64,000 nucleotides of DNA, taken from NCBI GenBank assembly GCA_965208105.1, contig OZ242318.1, positions 2,400,001 to 2,464,000 of the forward strand, written 5' to 3'. Positions 1-9,456 of the stretch are shown piece by piece. A program made the position numbers and the translations under genes. The first letter of the stretch is position 1. Every line of letters starts with the position of its first letter. The notes under the pieces are model-generated. The model ran no database searches. It was not told the DNA's origin and saw only the letters and a list, made by a program, of their open reading frames with translations. Source of the DNA: Candidatus Latescibacterota bacterium (GTDB lineage: Bacteria > Latescibacterota > UBA2968 > UBA8231).

Positions 1-1
1 G

Positions 2-652
2 GTAAACGCGGCCCTGGCGGACAGTCTCAAGCACATGTGCGAGGAGATCGAGAGCGGCAAGGAAATCGACCAGGTCATCCGAGAAACCATCCGGGAAAAT
101 CAGGGCTCCCTGTTCAGCGGCGACGGCTATTCCGAAGAACTCTACGAATTCGCCGCAAAGTCCAACCTTTTCCATATCAAGAGCAGCCCCGAGGCCTACC
201 TCGAGCTCACTTCGACCAAGAATGTGCAGCTGTTCCGCGAGCTGGGTATCTTCAACGAACGCGAGATCAGCGCCCGCCAAAAGGTTCTCCAGGAGGCCTA
301 TGCCACCGAGCTCAGGATCGAGGCGCGCACCCTGCTGTCGATCCTCAATACCCGCATTCTCCCGGTAGCCATGGAAGATACCCGCCGCAGCATCGAATCC
401 GGATATACCTCCATACTCTTCGACGAGAAAAAAGACTTGGTTCAGCAACTCCTCGCCGAGACCGAAAAACTGTCCGCCGCCTTCGCCGACTTCCCGGAGG
501 ACGACCCCGCGCAAGCGGCTTCCTATGCCCACGCGACCATCAAACCGGCGATGGAATCCGCCAGAGCGGTGGCGGATCGATTGGAGGCGCTGGTGGACGC
601 CCGCCTGTGGCCTTTGGCGGACTGTTCCGAGATTCTGCACAGTCATCACTAA
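2..652 (+). CDS. Glutamine synthetase type III, C-terminal part (5'-truncated by window edge)
   Basis: Frame is open from base 2. The motifs FSGDGYSEE, LGIFNEREISAR and ARAVADRLEALVDARLWPL match the GSIII C-terminal domain. Confidence 0.8.
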   Translation, partial: VNAALADSLKHMCEEIESGKEIDQVIRETIRENQGSLFSGDGYSEELYEFAAKSNLFHIKSSPEAYLELTSTKNVQLFRELGIFNEREISARQKVLQEAYATELRIEARTLLSILNTRILPVAMEDTRRSIESGYTSILFDEKKDLVQQLLAETEKLSAAFADFPEDDPAQAASYAHATIKPAMESARAVADRLEALVDARLWPLADCSEILHSHH

Positions 653-689
653 CCGCCCTTTGGTCCGAGTCGGTCCGCTGCCTTCCCGA

Positions 690-1138
690 TTCCAGCTACA
701 GCCGGAGGTCGTCCCCACTCCACGTGCGTTCACGAGGGTATCTTTCAGGCCGACTTCTGGTAGATCTGCGTGGGGTAGAGGTCTCAATTGTCGGTCGAGA
801 GGGCCGCTGGAGGGACAACGTCTTCATCGAGCGATCGTGGCGCTCTCTCAAATACGAGAGCGTTTATCTGCACGAATTCGAGGATGGGCGTCAGGCGCGT
901 CAGACCATCGCTGACTTGTTGCGGTATTACAACGAAGATCGACCTCATTCCAGCTTGCCGTGGACCCTTGGCTCAGGCCAGGGGCCTATCCCGTAAACCA
1001 GCAAAACGGCCCTCCAGCCAGGTCGGAAAGGAGACCTCAGAGAAACCCAGAAAAAGCAGGACAGGGCAGCAAATCAACCACAAGGAATCCACCTTAACCA
1101 GGCTGCCCGGCTGTCCAAAGAATGGGGTCCACCTCTCA
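690..1138 (+). mobile_element. Degenerate IS3-family element: transposase 3' fragment plus right terminal inverted repeat
   Basis: Translation GRWRDNVFIERSWRSLKYESVYLHEF...YYNEDRPHSSL is the IS3 integrase-core C-terminus. The end sequence ctgtccaaagaatggggtccacctctca (1111-1138) is IS3 IRR-like. The 5' part is missing and the left boundary is approximate. Confidence 0.8.
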
Positions 1139-1205
1139 TTGCGGATAATGGACACAGAAAATCATCCCGCCTATATTCAACGTCCATACGGAGAAGACAA
1201 ACGCA

Positions 1206-2699
1206 TTGCCTCTGGAAAAACAATCCCTGGCGACCCGGGCCATCCGCGGCGTCTTCTGGACCGGCAGCGCCTCCCTGATTCAACTCTTCGTACCACTGAT
1301 CCTGTATGGGTACCTGCCCCCGGAGGAGATGGGGCGGTTCGAAGGTGCCCTCATCATCGTCATGCTCGCGGCCCTGCTGGGAGGCCTGGGACTTGGCGAG
1401 GCCCTGGTGCAGTACCGGCCCGCCGGTGAAATCCACTTCAGCTCGGCGTTCTGGGCCACTCTCCTTTCCGGGCTGGCGGTGACCTTCCTGGTCATCGCCG
1501 CGGCTCCGTTCCTCTCCCCCATCTTCTCGCGTGAAAATCCCCCGGAATTCCGCAGGGTCCTCACTCTTCTCTCCTTCCTCATTCCCCTTGCCGCCATCTC
1601 GGGCATTTTCCGCGCACGGCTGCAACGCGAACTGCGCTTCCGGTCAATGGCCCTCGCCGAAGTCGTCTCGGCTGTGATATACGCCCTGGTAGTCCTCGCC
1701 CTCCTCTCCCGCTATGGCATCCTCAGTCCCGTCGTCGGCAGTATCGCCCGCGAGTTCACATATTTCACCAGCTTGTGGGCTTTCGCGGCGTGGAGGCCGC
1801 GCCTCTGCTTCCGCCTGTCGGCATTGAGGCAAGTCCTCCCTTTCGGTCTCAATTTTACCGGGTCGAGGGGGGTAAATTTCCTCAACAGCCATCTGGCTTC
1901 CTTCGTCATCATGCCCTTGCTCGGCGAGACCGCCCATGGCTACTACAAATTCGCCCACCGCCTGACCTTGCTGCCGCAAACCCGTCTGGCAACCATTTTC
2001 ACACGGGTCACCTTTCCAACATTTTCCACTTTACAGGATGAAATCGTCCTTCTCCGTCGAACCTACCTCAAGTCGGCCCAGGGCATCGCCCTCTTTCTCT
2101 GGCCGGCTCTCGTCGGACTCCTGGTCTTCACGCCGGAGATCCTGCACCAGTTCCGGGCCATAAACGGACAGGAACTCATGGAGGCCCTGGTTCCCCTGCG
2201 GCTGCTGGCCCTGGCCACCCTGCTCAAGGGCATAGGCATGGTTGCCGGTTCGGTCTTCATGGCAAAGGGCAAGGCCGACTGGTCCCTCTACTGGTCCCTC
2301 TTCAGCTTTGCAGTCTCGGTCCCCGCCCTCTATTTCGGTACCGCCCACGGAGTGGCCGGGGTTTCCACCGCCATTGCCATAACCACTATAGTCTTCCTGA
2401 TTCTGACCCAGCATCTGGTCAACCGCCTGACCGGCCTCAGCTTTTCCGCCTACCTGGGGGCATTGGTCCGCCCTGCCCTGGTCGCCCTGTCGGTGCTTGC
2501 CGTGCTGGGCGCAATCAGGCCGCTGCTGCCAGCCCAGGAGCTCGCCTCCCTCGTCTTCGCCGTCCTCTGCGGACTCCTGACCGCCGTCCTTGCCCTGCGC
2601 CTCTTCGCCTGGGACCTGTGCCTCGAATTCTGGCATGGATTCAAAGGAAGCAGAACAGGCTCCCCAACTGCCCCTTCGGACGGGCCGCGGTCCTCCTGA
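1206..2699 (+). CDS. Polysaccharide flippase (Wzx/WzxC-like, MOP superfamily)
   Basis: 497 aa with many hydrophobic segments, N-terminal SLATRAIRGVFW and a LQRELRFR motif typical of WzxC-type exporters. Confidence 0.85.
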   Translation: MPLEKQSLATRAIRGVFWTGSASLIQLFVPLILYGYLPPEEMGRFEGALIIVMLAALLGGLGLGEALVQYRPAGEIHFSSAFWATLLSGLAVTFLVIAAAPFLSPIFSRENPPEFRRVLTLLSFLIPLAAISGIFRARLQRELRFRSMALAEVVSAVIYALVVLALLSRYGILSPVVGSIAREFTYFTSLWAFAAWRPRLCFRLSALRQVLPFGLNFTGSRGVNFLNSHLASFVIMPLLGETAHGYYKFAHRLTLLPQTRLATIFTRVTFPTFSTLQDEIVLLRRTYLKSAQGIALFLWPALVGLLVFTPEILHQFRAINGQELMEALVPLRLLALATLLKGIGMVAGSVFMAKGKADWSLYWSLFSFAVSVPALYFGTAHGVAGVSTAIAITTIVFLILTQHLVNRLTGLSFSAYLGALVRPALVALSVLAVLGAIRPLLPAQELASLVFAVLCGLLTAVLALRLFAWDLCLEFWHGFKGSRTGSPTAPSDGPRSS

Positions 2700-2792
2700 G
2701 AAATACACATTGGTCCTTTGCGCTTGTGACCCTATTGGAGTATTTTTTGTTCGACCCACCAGTTCAGTGGACCATTTCGGAAGGAGTGCGTT

Positions 2793-3695
2793 ATGAGCGA
2801 CAACGGTCGAACTCTAAAAACAGGCACACTCAAGCTCAAGACGGGTCTTGCGGAAATGCTCAAGGGCGGCGTCATCATGGACGTGGTCACCGCCGACCAG
2901 GCCAGGATCGCGGAGGACGCCGGCGCCGTTTCGGTCATGGCTCTGGAGCGGGTGCCCGCTGACATCCGCGCCCACGGAGGCGTCTCCCGCATGTCCGGCG
3001 TCGAGAAAATTCGCGAGATCATGGAGGCCGTTACCATTCCCGTCATGGCCAAGGTCCGCATCGGCCACTTCGTCGAGGCCCAGATGCTCCAGGCCCTGGG
3101 GGTGGATTACGTTGACGAAAGCGAGGTCCTCACCCCCGCCGACGAGCGCTACCACATCGACAAGCATGCCTTCGAGGTGCCCTTCGTCTGCGGCTGCCGC
3201 GACCTGGGAGAAGCCCTGCGCCGCATCGGCGAGGGTGCCGCCATGGTGCGCACCAAGGGCGAGGCCGGGTCGGGCAACGTCGTCGAAGCCGTGCGCCACA
3301 TGCGTAGCGTCACCGCCGAAATCCGCCGCCTGACCACCCTGGGTCCCGAGGAACTCATGACCGCGGCCAAGGAGTTGGGCGCCCCCTGCGAACTGGTGCG
3401 CATGGTCGCCGCCGAGGGCAAGCTGCCCGTGCCCAACTTCTCAGCCGGAGGGATCGCTACCCCCGCCGACGCCGCCCTGATGATGCAGCTGGGCGCCGAG
3501 GCCAACTTCGTGGGCTCGGGAATCTTTAAGTCCGGCGACCCGGAAGTGCGAGCCAGGGCCATTGTCGAGGCCACCACCCACTACGAGGATCCGGAAGTGC
3601 TGATTCGCGTATCGGAGAACCTTGGAGAGGCCATGGTCGGAATCGACATCAACACCCTGGGCGAGGACCAGCTCCTGCAGACGAGAGGGTGGTAG
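2793..3695 (+). CDS. pdxS: Pyridoxal 5'-phosphate synthase lyase subunit
   Basis: [33 protein letters not shown] and [17 protein letters not shown] motifs; AAGGAG RBS. Confidence 0.97.
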   Translation: MSDNGRTLKTGTLKLKTGLAEMLKGGVIMDVVTADQARIAEDAGAVSVMALERVPADIRAHGGVSRMSGVEKIREIMEAVTIPVMAKVRIGHFVEAQMLQALGVDYVDESEVLTPADERYHIDKHAFEVPFVCGCRDLGEALRRIGEGAAMVRTKGEAGSGNVVEAVRHMRSVTAEIRRLTTLGPEELMTAAKELGAPCELVRMVAAEGKLPVPNFSAGGIATPADAALMMQLGAEANFVGSGIFKSGDPEVRARAIVEATTHYEDPEVLIRVSENLGEAMVGIDINTLGEDQLLQTRGW

Positions 3696-3703
3696 CTGGA
3701 TTC

Positions 3704-4270
3704 ATGTCCGTGGGAATTCTGGGCCTGCAGGGAGGCTACGCAGCCCACCGCAGGCGGCTGGAACAACTGGGGGCAGAGGTCCGGATCGTGAGGAAGCCGG
3801 GGGAACTGGACCTGCTTGACAGCCTGGTCATTCCCGGCGGTGAAAGCACCACCCTGATCAAGTTGATGGATGCCTATGGGTTCTGGGAGCCTCTGCGGTC
3901 ACTCGCCCGGTCGGGAAAGCCCATCCTCGGGACATGCGCAGGTTTGATTCTCCTGGCTTCCGAAGTGATCAATCCCCCACAGAAATCCCTGGGCTTGATC
4001 GACGTTATGGTCGAGCGCAACAGCTATGGCCGCCAGCGCCAGAGCTTCGAGGCCACCGGTTCCTTCTCGGCCAACGGCACCGCGAAAGAGATGCACATGG
4101 TCTTCATCCGGGCACCCCGGATCCGCGCACTGGGCCCCGGCGTTGAATGCCTGTCCACCTGCGGCGGCGACTGCGTCATTGCCCGCCAGGGCAAGATCCT
4201 GGTGGCCTCGTTCCATCCCGAACTGACGGACGATCCTGGCGTCCACCAGTACTTCCTGAATATGGCCTGA
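3704..4270 (+). CDS. pdxT: Pyridoxal 5'-phosphate synthase glutaminase subunit
   Basis: GLQG, PGGESTT, GTCAG, FIRAP and FHPELT motifs; directly follows pdxS. Confidence 0.96.
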   Translation: MSVGILGLQGGYAAHRRRLEQLGAEVRIVRKPGELDLLDSLVIPGGESTTLIKLMDAYGFWEPLRSLARSGKPILGTCAGLILLASEVINPPQKSLGLIDVMVERNSYGRQRQSFEATGSFSANGTAKEMHMVFIRAPRIRALGPGVECLSTCGGDCVIARQGKILVASFHPELTDDPGVHQYFLNMA

Positions 4271-4300
4271 GCCGCCTGTGGGTCACCTTCCCGAGAGTGC

Positions 4301-4861
4301 CTAAAACCCAAACTGCAGTTTTGCGGTAAAGCGGTTAATGCCGATACTGTCGTCGGCAAAGACAAAGTCGCGCTGATACCTCAATCCCACCCGCAAATTT
4401 TCCCTCAGCGACAACTCCGCGCCAACCCCCGGGACTATGCCGAAGTTGGCGGATCCCTCATCGGGAGAGTAAAGCTCGGTATCCAGCGAGAAAAAATAGA
4501 TGAAGGGCTGCAGGTGGTAGGAGCTCCGCATTCCCGCCGAGAAGAGATTGGTTCGCTGGTCCCAGATAAAGCCGTACCCCAGTTGGAAGGCGAGCCAGTC
4601 CTCTATCTCATATCCCAGGTTCAGTCCTGAAATCAGATCGGTCTCCGAACCGTCCTCGTCCAACTCCCTTCCATTGGACTCCACCGTGGCAGATCCGAAA
4701 ATACCTTCGACGTAAAAGTCTCCTCCCGTACGCGCATACCTGTAGCCCCCGGTGCCGTACTCGCTGCCTTCCGGTCCGTCGGTTCGACCTGGTTCGGGCT
4801 CATCCGCGCCGGCACCAGCGGCCATGCCCGTTGCCAATACCAGCCATATCCAGCGATGCAT
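4301..4861 (-). CDS. Small outer-membrane beta-barrel protein (porin-like)
   Basis: Signal peptide, alternating beta-strand pattern and C-terminal Phe (KLQFGF). Confidence 0.7.
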   Translation of the reverse strand: MHRWIWLVLATGMAAGAGADEPEPGRTDGPEGSEYGTGGYRYARTGGDFYVEGIFGSATVESNGRELDEDGSETDLISGLNLGYEIEDWLAFQLGYGFIWDQRTNLFSAGMRSSYHLQPFIYFFSLDTELYSPDEGSANFGIVPGVGAELSLRENLRVGLRYQRDFVFADDSIGINRFTAKLQFGF

Positions 4862-4877
4862 ATTCCCCTTCCCCTTC

Positions 4878-5474
4878 CTAGAGTCCTATGCTCTTCTTCT
4901 TGAAATGTTTGACGATCTCCTTTTGGTCCGTCCACACGATTTCGGTGGTCTCGATGCTGGTCAACTCGAAGGTAGCCTTGTAGTACACGGCCTTGAGCCT
5001 GCCCACCTGCTGAATGGTGGAGGTGATGACCCCCCCCATCAAAAACTCCGCTCCCTTCTGCCTGCCTGGCCCCTTGGCCTGACTCGGGTCCACGTAACCC
5101 GAACCCTGATACTCGTACTCGCCGGCGATTTCGCCGCGGGCGGCCTTGTCGAGGAAGGTAAATCTGCCGCTCTGGATCAGCGCAGTCTTGATGTGGTCGT
5201 AGAGTGCCTGAATGTCGATGTGCTCGGAGGTTCTGTTCTTCGGCGTCTCCAGGATAACCACGGGCTTCGCATCCATTTCCGCCTTCTCCGCCCAGGCCTC
5301 CAGGGAAGTGACCATGGTCTTGGCGATCAACTGCATGTCGTTCTGGTTCCACTTGTCGTCTAGCATATTGATCTGGTTCGGATCGCCGTACTCCCCCCTG
5401 GTAAAGGCTCGAGGACCACCGCAGGCGGATAGTCCCACCGCCAGAGCCGCCAACCCCAGGAAAAAATATCTCAT
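4878..5474 (-). CDS. lpoB: Penicillin-binding protein activator LpoB-like lipoprotein
   Basis: Lipobox LSAC, NRTSEHID and ETTEIVW motifs of the LpoB/CsgG-like family. Confidence 0.8.
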   Translation of the reverse strand: MRYFFLGLAALAVGLSACGGPRAFTRGEYGDPNQINMLDDKWNQNDMQLIAKTMVTSLEAWAEKAEMDAKPVVILETPKNRTSEHIDIQALYDHIKTALIQSGRFTFLDKAARGEIAGEYEYQGSGYVDPSQAKGPGRQKGAEFLMGGVITSTIQQVGRLKAVYYKATFELTSIETTEIVWTDQKEIVKHFKKKSIGL

Positions 5475-5486
5475 AGTCTTCTCCTT

Positions 5487-6344
5487 TCAGTCCCATTCAC
5501 ATTCGAAATGCGTGCGCACCAGGTGCCAGCGGTCCGGCAACATGGCGTCCTGTCTGTGCAATACCTGCAACCTGCAATCCCGTTGCAACGAGCTTTTGGG
5601 ATAGTCGAACTCAAACTCGCTCACGCCCTCCCGGTCCGCCGGCGGGATATCCGCCGAGGTGTAGATATTGGGTCGGGTCGAGGTGAAGACCATGGCCTTT
5701 TTGCGCCCGTAGGACTTCAGTGGTACGGCTGCGGAAAACGCGATGCGCCGCACCTTCTTGGGCAGCAGCAGGTCCGTTTGATCCACCATGCTGTCGCGCT
5801 GCCACTTGCCGCCCAGGATTGTCTGCAGGTTGCCCGCGAAAACCCGCTCGCGCGATCCATCGGGGATGATCAGGTATAGATATCCCTTGCGGGCCTGGTT
5901 GGAGACCTGGGCTCCGCCCAACCCCTCGAAATCCATGGTGATCGTCAGGTTGACGGCGCGATTGGGAGGCAGGGCATGCAGCGACACGGCCTGGATGACC
6001 TCCTCGGAGGCGCCTGCCTCCTTCAAGCCGATCAATGCATCCACCGAGGCATCGCAGGCACAGCGGCGCTCACGGACCATCCGCACGATGGCCTCCGTGC
6101 TGAACTTGCTGGCGCTGAGCTTGCGCACCTCGTCCATGGTCAGCGGCAGTTGGTCCGAGCGCTCGTAGAGGCGGGGAAGCTCCCCTCCGTCCCAGTCGAT
6201 GATATTGAAAACGTATCCATCGTCCAGCACATCGGCCACCTCCCTTGCGGCTCCGCCCGACGGTTCTCTTCGGTCGAGGCCCGGCACGGCTGCCAGAACC
6301 GCCATTGCCGCTGCCAGTCCCAGAACAAACCTCCCTGGTTTCAT
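5487..6344 (-). CDS. Hypothetical exported protein
   Basis: Signal-like N-terminus and GGAGGG RBS; lies inside an operon; contains a LTMDEVRKL...DALIGLKEAGASEEVI helical module. Confidence 0.7.
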   Translation of the reverse strand: MKPGRFVLGLAAAMAVLAAVPGLDRREPSGGAAREVADVLDDGYVFNIIDWDGGELPRLYERSDQLPLTMDEVRKLSASKFSTEAIVRMVRERRCACDASVDALIGLKEAGASEEVIQAVSLHALPPNRAVNLTITMDFEGLGGAQVSNQARKGYLYLIIPDGSRERVFAGNLQTILGGKWQRDSMVDQTDLLLPKKVRRIAFSAAVPLKSYGRKKAMVFTSTRPNIYTSADIPPADREGVSEFEFDYPKSSLQRDCRLQVLHRQDAMLPDRWHLVRTHFECEWD

Positions 6345-6360
6345 CTGTGCCCTCCCTCTC

Positions 6361-7725
6361 TCATCTATAGCTCCGGCAACTCAGAATTACCGGCGTGCCA
6401 CTCTCGATTTCCACACCGGGAAACGGATGGGTCTCCACGACCACGCCACTGTCATTTAAAAACTCCACAACCAGGTCAACCGTTCCCGGGGGCAGGGAAA
6501 AACGCGCAATGTCTATCCGGGCGGGCAGCGATACCCAGCCCCGGGTGTCCGCGGCCTCGGTGGCGACGCCGAAAAGGTTGACCAGGGTTCCCCAGAACTC
6601 GCTTTTCTCCTCTACCAGCTCAGTGGCAAGAAACTTGGCCAACGCACGCGCCGCCGTGCGCAGCAAAACGGTGTCCATCTTCTCGTCAAGGCTCTTGAAG
6701 GCAATGGCATTCAGATCCTGTACCACCTCGGCGTCTGCACTCTGATCTCCGCCCCTTAATCGGGCTCTCCGAATCCGGTTTGAATTCGCCCTGTATTCGG
6801 GCAGTGCGACCTTGAGGAAATAATCCACCTCGTAGCGGCGGTAGGGGTTGTGGTAGCGGTAGACCAGCTCGTCGGACAATGCCCAGACCTCTGTCCTGTC
6901 ATCCTCTTCGAGAATGGGCAGGCTGATCTCCCGCTGGTGCTTGCGGGCAATGAACCCGCTCTCGATGAACACGATGACTTCGCCGCCAACCGGCTGGTGG
7001 AGATCTTCGGGATGCAGCGCGTAGCGCTCCATGTATGCCTCCACGTCCTCGGCATAGTCGAGCCGGCGGGCCATTCGGACAAGGTCCTTTCCCAGCATTG
7101 CCGGAGTTTCCAGGCCCAGGGCCTCCTCGTAGGCCAGGTAGCCCTTTTCCGCGTCCTTGTAAGATATGTACGCATCGTTCCATTCGCCTTCGGCTTCGAA
7201 GAACAGGCCGCTCATATACTGGAGGAAGGCGTCGTTTTTATAGCTGAGCTCGTACTCTGCCGCGGCGGCGTAGTCTTCGAGCATCAGATTCGCCTTGCGG
7301 CACTCCACCAGTGCCTCCTGGGGCAAGCCCAGGTACTGGTAGTTCATGGCCCGGTAGTAGTGGATGATCACCCGCTCGAACTCTTCTCCGCTGTAAGCTC
7401 GAACGGCGTCGTTGGTCAGGAGCGCTGCAATCTCCCGGGAGACGGAGCGGGCGTAACGCTTGTCAATCAGGCGCTCGGCCTTTTCGAACAGCCTGTTTGA
7501 CTCCTCGTACTGCCCATTGTAGTGCAGGATCAGGCCTTTTTCGAGCCGGTAGAGGAGTTTGTCCGTCTGCTTGTCACGGTCCTCGAGCCTGGCCAGCGCC
7601 CCTTCGTAGTCGCGGTTTCCCAGGCGCTTCAGCGTCCCTCTCATGTGACCCGAGTAGGCAGCCCCGCACCCGGCCGACAGTACCCACAGAAATAGGAAGG
7701 CGCAAAGTAGTTTCGCAGATTTCAC
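6361..7725 (-). CDS. COG3014-like TPR lipoprotein (commonly found with LpoB)
   Basis: Lipobox SAGC, YSGEEFER, YYRAMNY and ADTRGWVSLP motifs. Confidence 0.75.
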   Translation of the reverse strand: MKSAKLLCAFLFLWVLSAGCGAAYSGHMRGTLKRLGNRDYEGALARLEDRDKQTDKLLYRLEKGLILHYNGQYEESNRLFEKAERLIDKRYARSVSREIAALLTNDAVRAYSGEEFERVIIHYYRAMNYQYLGLPQEALVECRKANLMLEDYAAAAEYELSYKNDAFLQYMSGLFFEAEGEWNDAYISYKDAEKGYLAYEEALGLETPAMLGKDLVRMARRLDYAEDVEAYMERYALHPEDLHQPVGGEVIVFIESGFIARKHQREISLPILEEDDRTEVWALSDELVYRYHNPYRRYEVDYFLKVALPEYRANSNRIRRARLRGGDQSADAEVVQDLNAIAFKSLDEKMDTVLLRTAARALAKFLATELVEEKSEFWGTLVNLFGVATEAADTRGWVSLPARIDIARFSLPPGTVDLVVEFLNDSGVVVETHPFPGVEIESGTPVILSCRSYR

Positions 7726-8065
7726 TCGAGGTCAACCCTGTACTGGCAAATCAAAACTGCATCAACCGCTCGGGTTCTCACCTATGTGTAAGATGCCTTG
7801 GGAAGAGGAGATGTTCCCCGCTCCTGCCACAACTGCGGGGATCGGGGGATTCCCCTTCAACCTGTGGTGGCCCATTTCCCCGTGTCCCGCTCAATGAGGA
7901 TTCTCGGGGTTGCTCCCGTTTGTGGTGCGCCTTAATATAATTTCCTCCTCACACCGTTGCCAGGCAGGGCGCGTGGTCCGCACCGGCCTCGAACAGCCAC
8001 CGGGCCGCACCTGCGGGACGCCCCGGTGGAGTGCCCAGCACAATCCCGCGCGAACCAATGACCCA

Positions 8066-8653
8066 ATGAAACGACTTGAACCGGGCAACTATGGCAAAGA
8101 GACCTCCTTTGCCGTTCGCAATCACGACACCCGCATGACCGCGGAGGAATACAATCGTCTTCCAAAGCATCCCCTCCATCTGATACTGGACAACCTCCGC
8201 AGCGCATTCAACGTAGGCTCCATATTCCGCACCGCCGATACCGCCCGCCTTGCCAGTATCGCCACCTGCGGCTACACCGCCCATCCCCCGCACGGAAAGC
8301 TGGGCAAGACCGCCCTCGGCACCCTCGACTTCATCCCTACCCGGCACTTCGACTCTGCCCTCGATGCCGTTCGGTTTTTCCAGGACCGCAACACCCCGGT
8401 CTGGGCCCTGGAGACCATCTCCCTCAGCCGGGTCTACACCTCCGTTACCTTTCCCCGTCCCATCGCCATCGTTCTCGGCAACGAGGCTCTCGGGGTGAGC
8501 AGGGAAGTCCTGGAAGAATGCGAAGAATGGATCGAAATCCCCATGTACGGGCACAAGAATTCCCTCAATGTAGCCTCCGCCTGTGCCGTCGTGTCATTCG
8601 AAGTCCTGCGCCAATGGCAAGTTCCCTCACCCAATTCCAAGCCTGGAGGCTGA
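8066..8653 (+). CDS. TrmH/SpoU-family RNA methyltransferase
   Basis: LDNLRSAFNVGSIFRT, LGNEALG and IPMYGHKNSLNV SPOUT motifs. Confidence 0.9.
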   Translation: MKRLEPGNYGKETSFAVRNHDTRMTAEEYNRLPKHPLHLILDNLRSAFNVGSIFRTADTARLASIATCGYTAHPPHGKLGKTALGTLDFIPTRHFDSALDAVRFFQDRNTPVWALETISLSRVYTSVTFPRPIAIVLGNEALGVSREVLEECEEWIEIPMYGHKNSLNVASACAVVSFEVLRQWQVPSPNSKPGG

Positions 8654-9373
8654 GTGGTGAAAAACATTGACATGGTCGTCTTCGACATGGCCGGCACCAC
8701 CGTCGACGAGGGCGGGACCGTATACCGAACCCTGCAGCGCGCCCTCAGGCGGGGAGGCCACGACTTCGAATACGACGAAATCCTCCAGGCAGCCGGAAGA
8801 TCCAAGTTCTCCGCCATCGAACAACTGCTGGGATTGCGCATGGATGCGGTTGACCGGGAATTGTCCGAGAAGATCCACGAGGACTTCCGTCAACTGATCC
8901 TGACCACCTATCTGGAGGAGGGGGTTTCAGAACAGCCAGGAGCAAGCGAGGTGTTCCGCCTCCTCAAAGGAAGGGGGGTTCGGATCGTCCTCAACACGGG
9001 ATACGACCGACAGACCGCAGACACCATTCTGGATGGCCTGGGCTGGAAGGACGACGGCACGGTTGACCTGACGGTGACCAGTGACGATGTCGCCCGGGGA
9101 AGACCCAGCCCTGAAATGATTATCATGGCGATGTCTCGTCTTGGAATGGAGGACCCCGGCAAGGTAGCCAAGGTAGGTGACTCGAAAGCGGATATCGAGG
9201 AAGGTCTGGCAGCAGGATGCGGCCTAGTCGTCGGAGTGACGACCGGAGCGCACACCCGGCCGCAGTTGCAGGCGGCCGGGGCGGCCGCGGTGATCGACAG
9301 TCTGGAAGAGCTGCCGCCGCTCCTCCGGTTGCAGGTCGGCGGCAGCGGACTCGACCGACCAGATGGGTTGTGA
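8654..9373 (+). CDS. HAD-family phosphonatase-like hydrolase
   Basis: VFDMAGTTVD motif I, GRPSP and KVGDS..DI motifs. Confidence 0.85.
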   Translation: MVKNIDMVVFDMAGTTVDEGGTVYRTLQRALRRGGHDFEYDEILQAAGRSKFSAIEQLLGLRMDAVDRELSEKIHEDFRQLILTTYLEEGVSEQPGASEVFRLLKGRGVRIVLNTGYDRQTADTILDGLGWKDDGTVDLTVTSDDVARGRPSPEMIIMAMSRLGMEDPGKVAKVGDSKADIEEGLAAGCGLVVGVTTGAHTRPQLQAAGAAAVIDSLEELPPLLRLQVGGSGLDRPDGL

Positions 9374-9456
9374 GACAAGGTCCGGCGGCAGAGAACTCTT
9401 CCCCGGTCCCCGGTCGACCCAGGGACGAACCGGGACAGAAATCGATCGATGCCTCA

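Noticed and set aside
2705-2780. TGGTCC/TGGACC motifs upstream of pdxS as a PdxR (MocR) operator
   Set aside because: Motifs are too short and there is no pdxR gene in the window; unsupported without comparative data.
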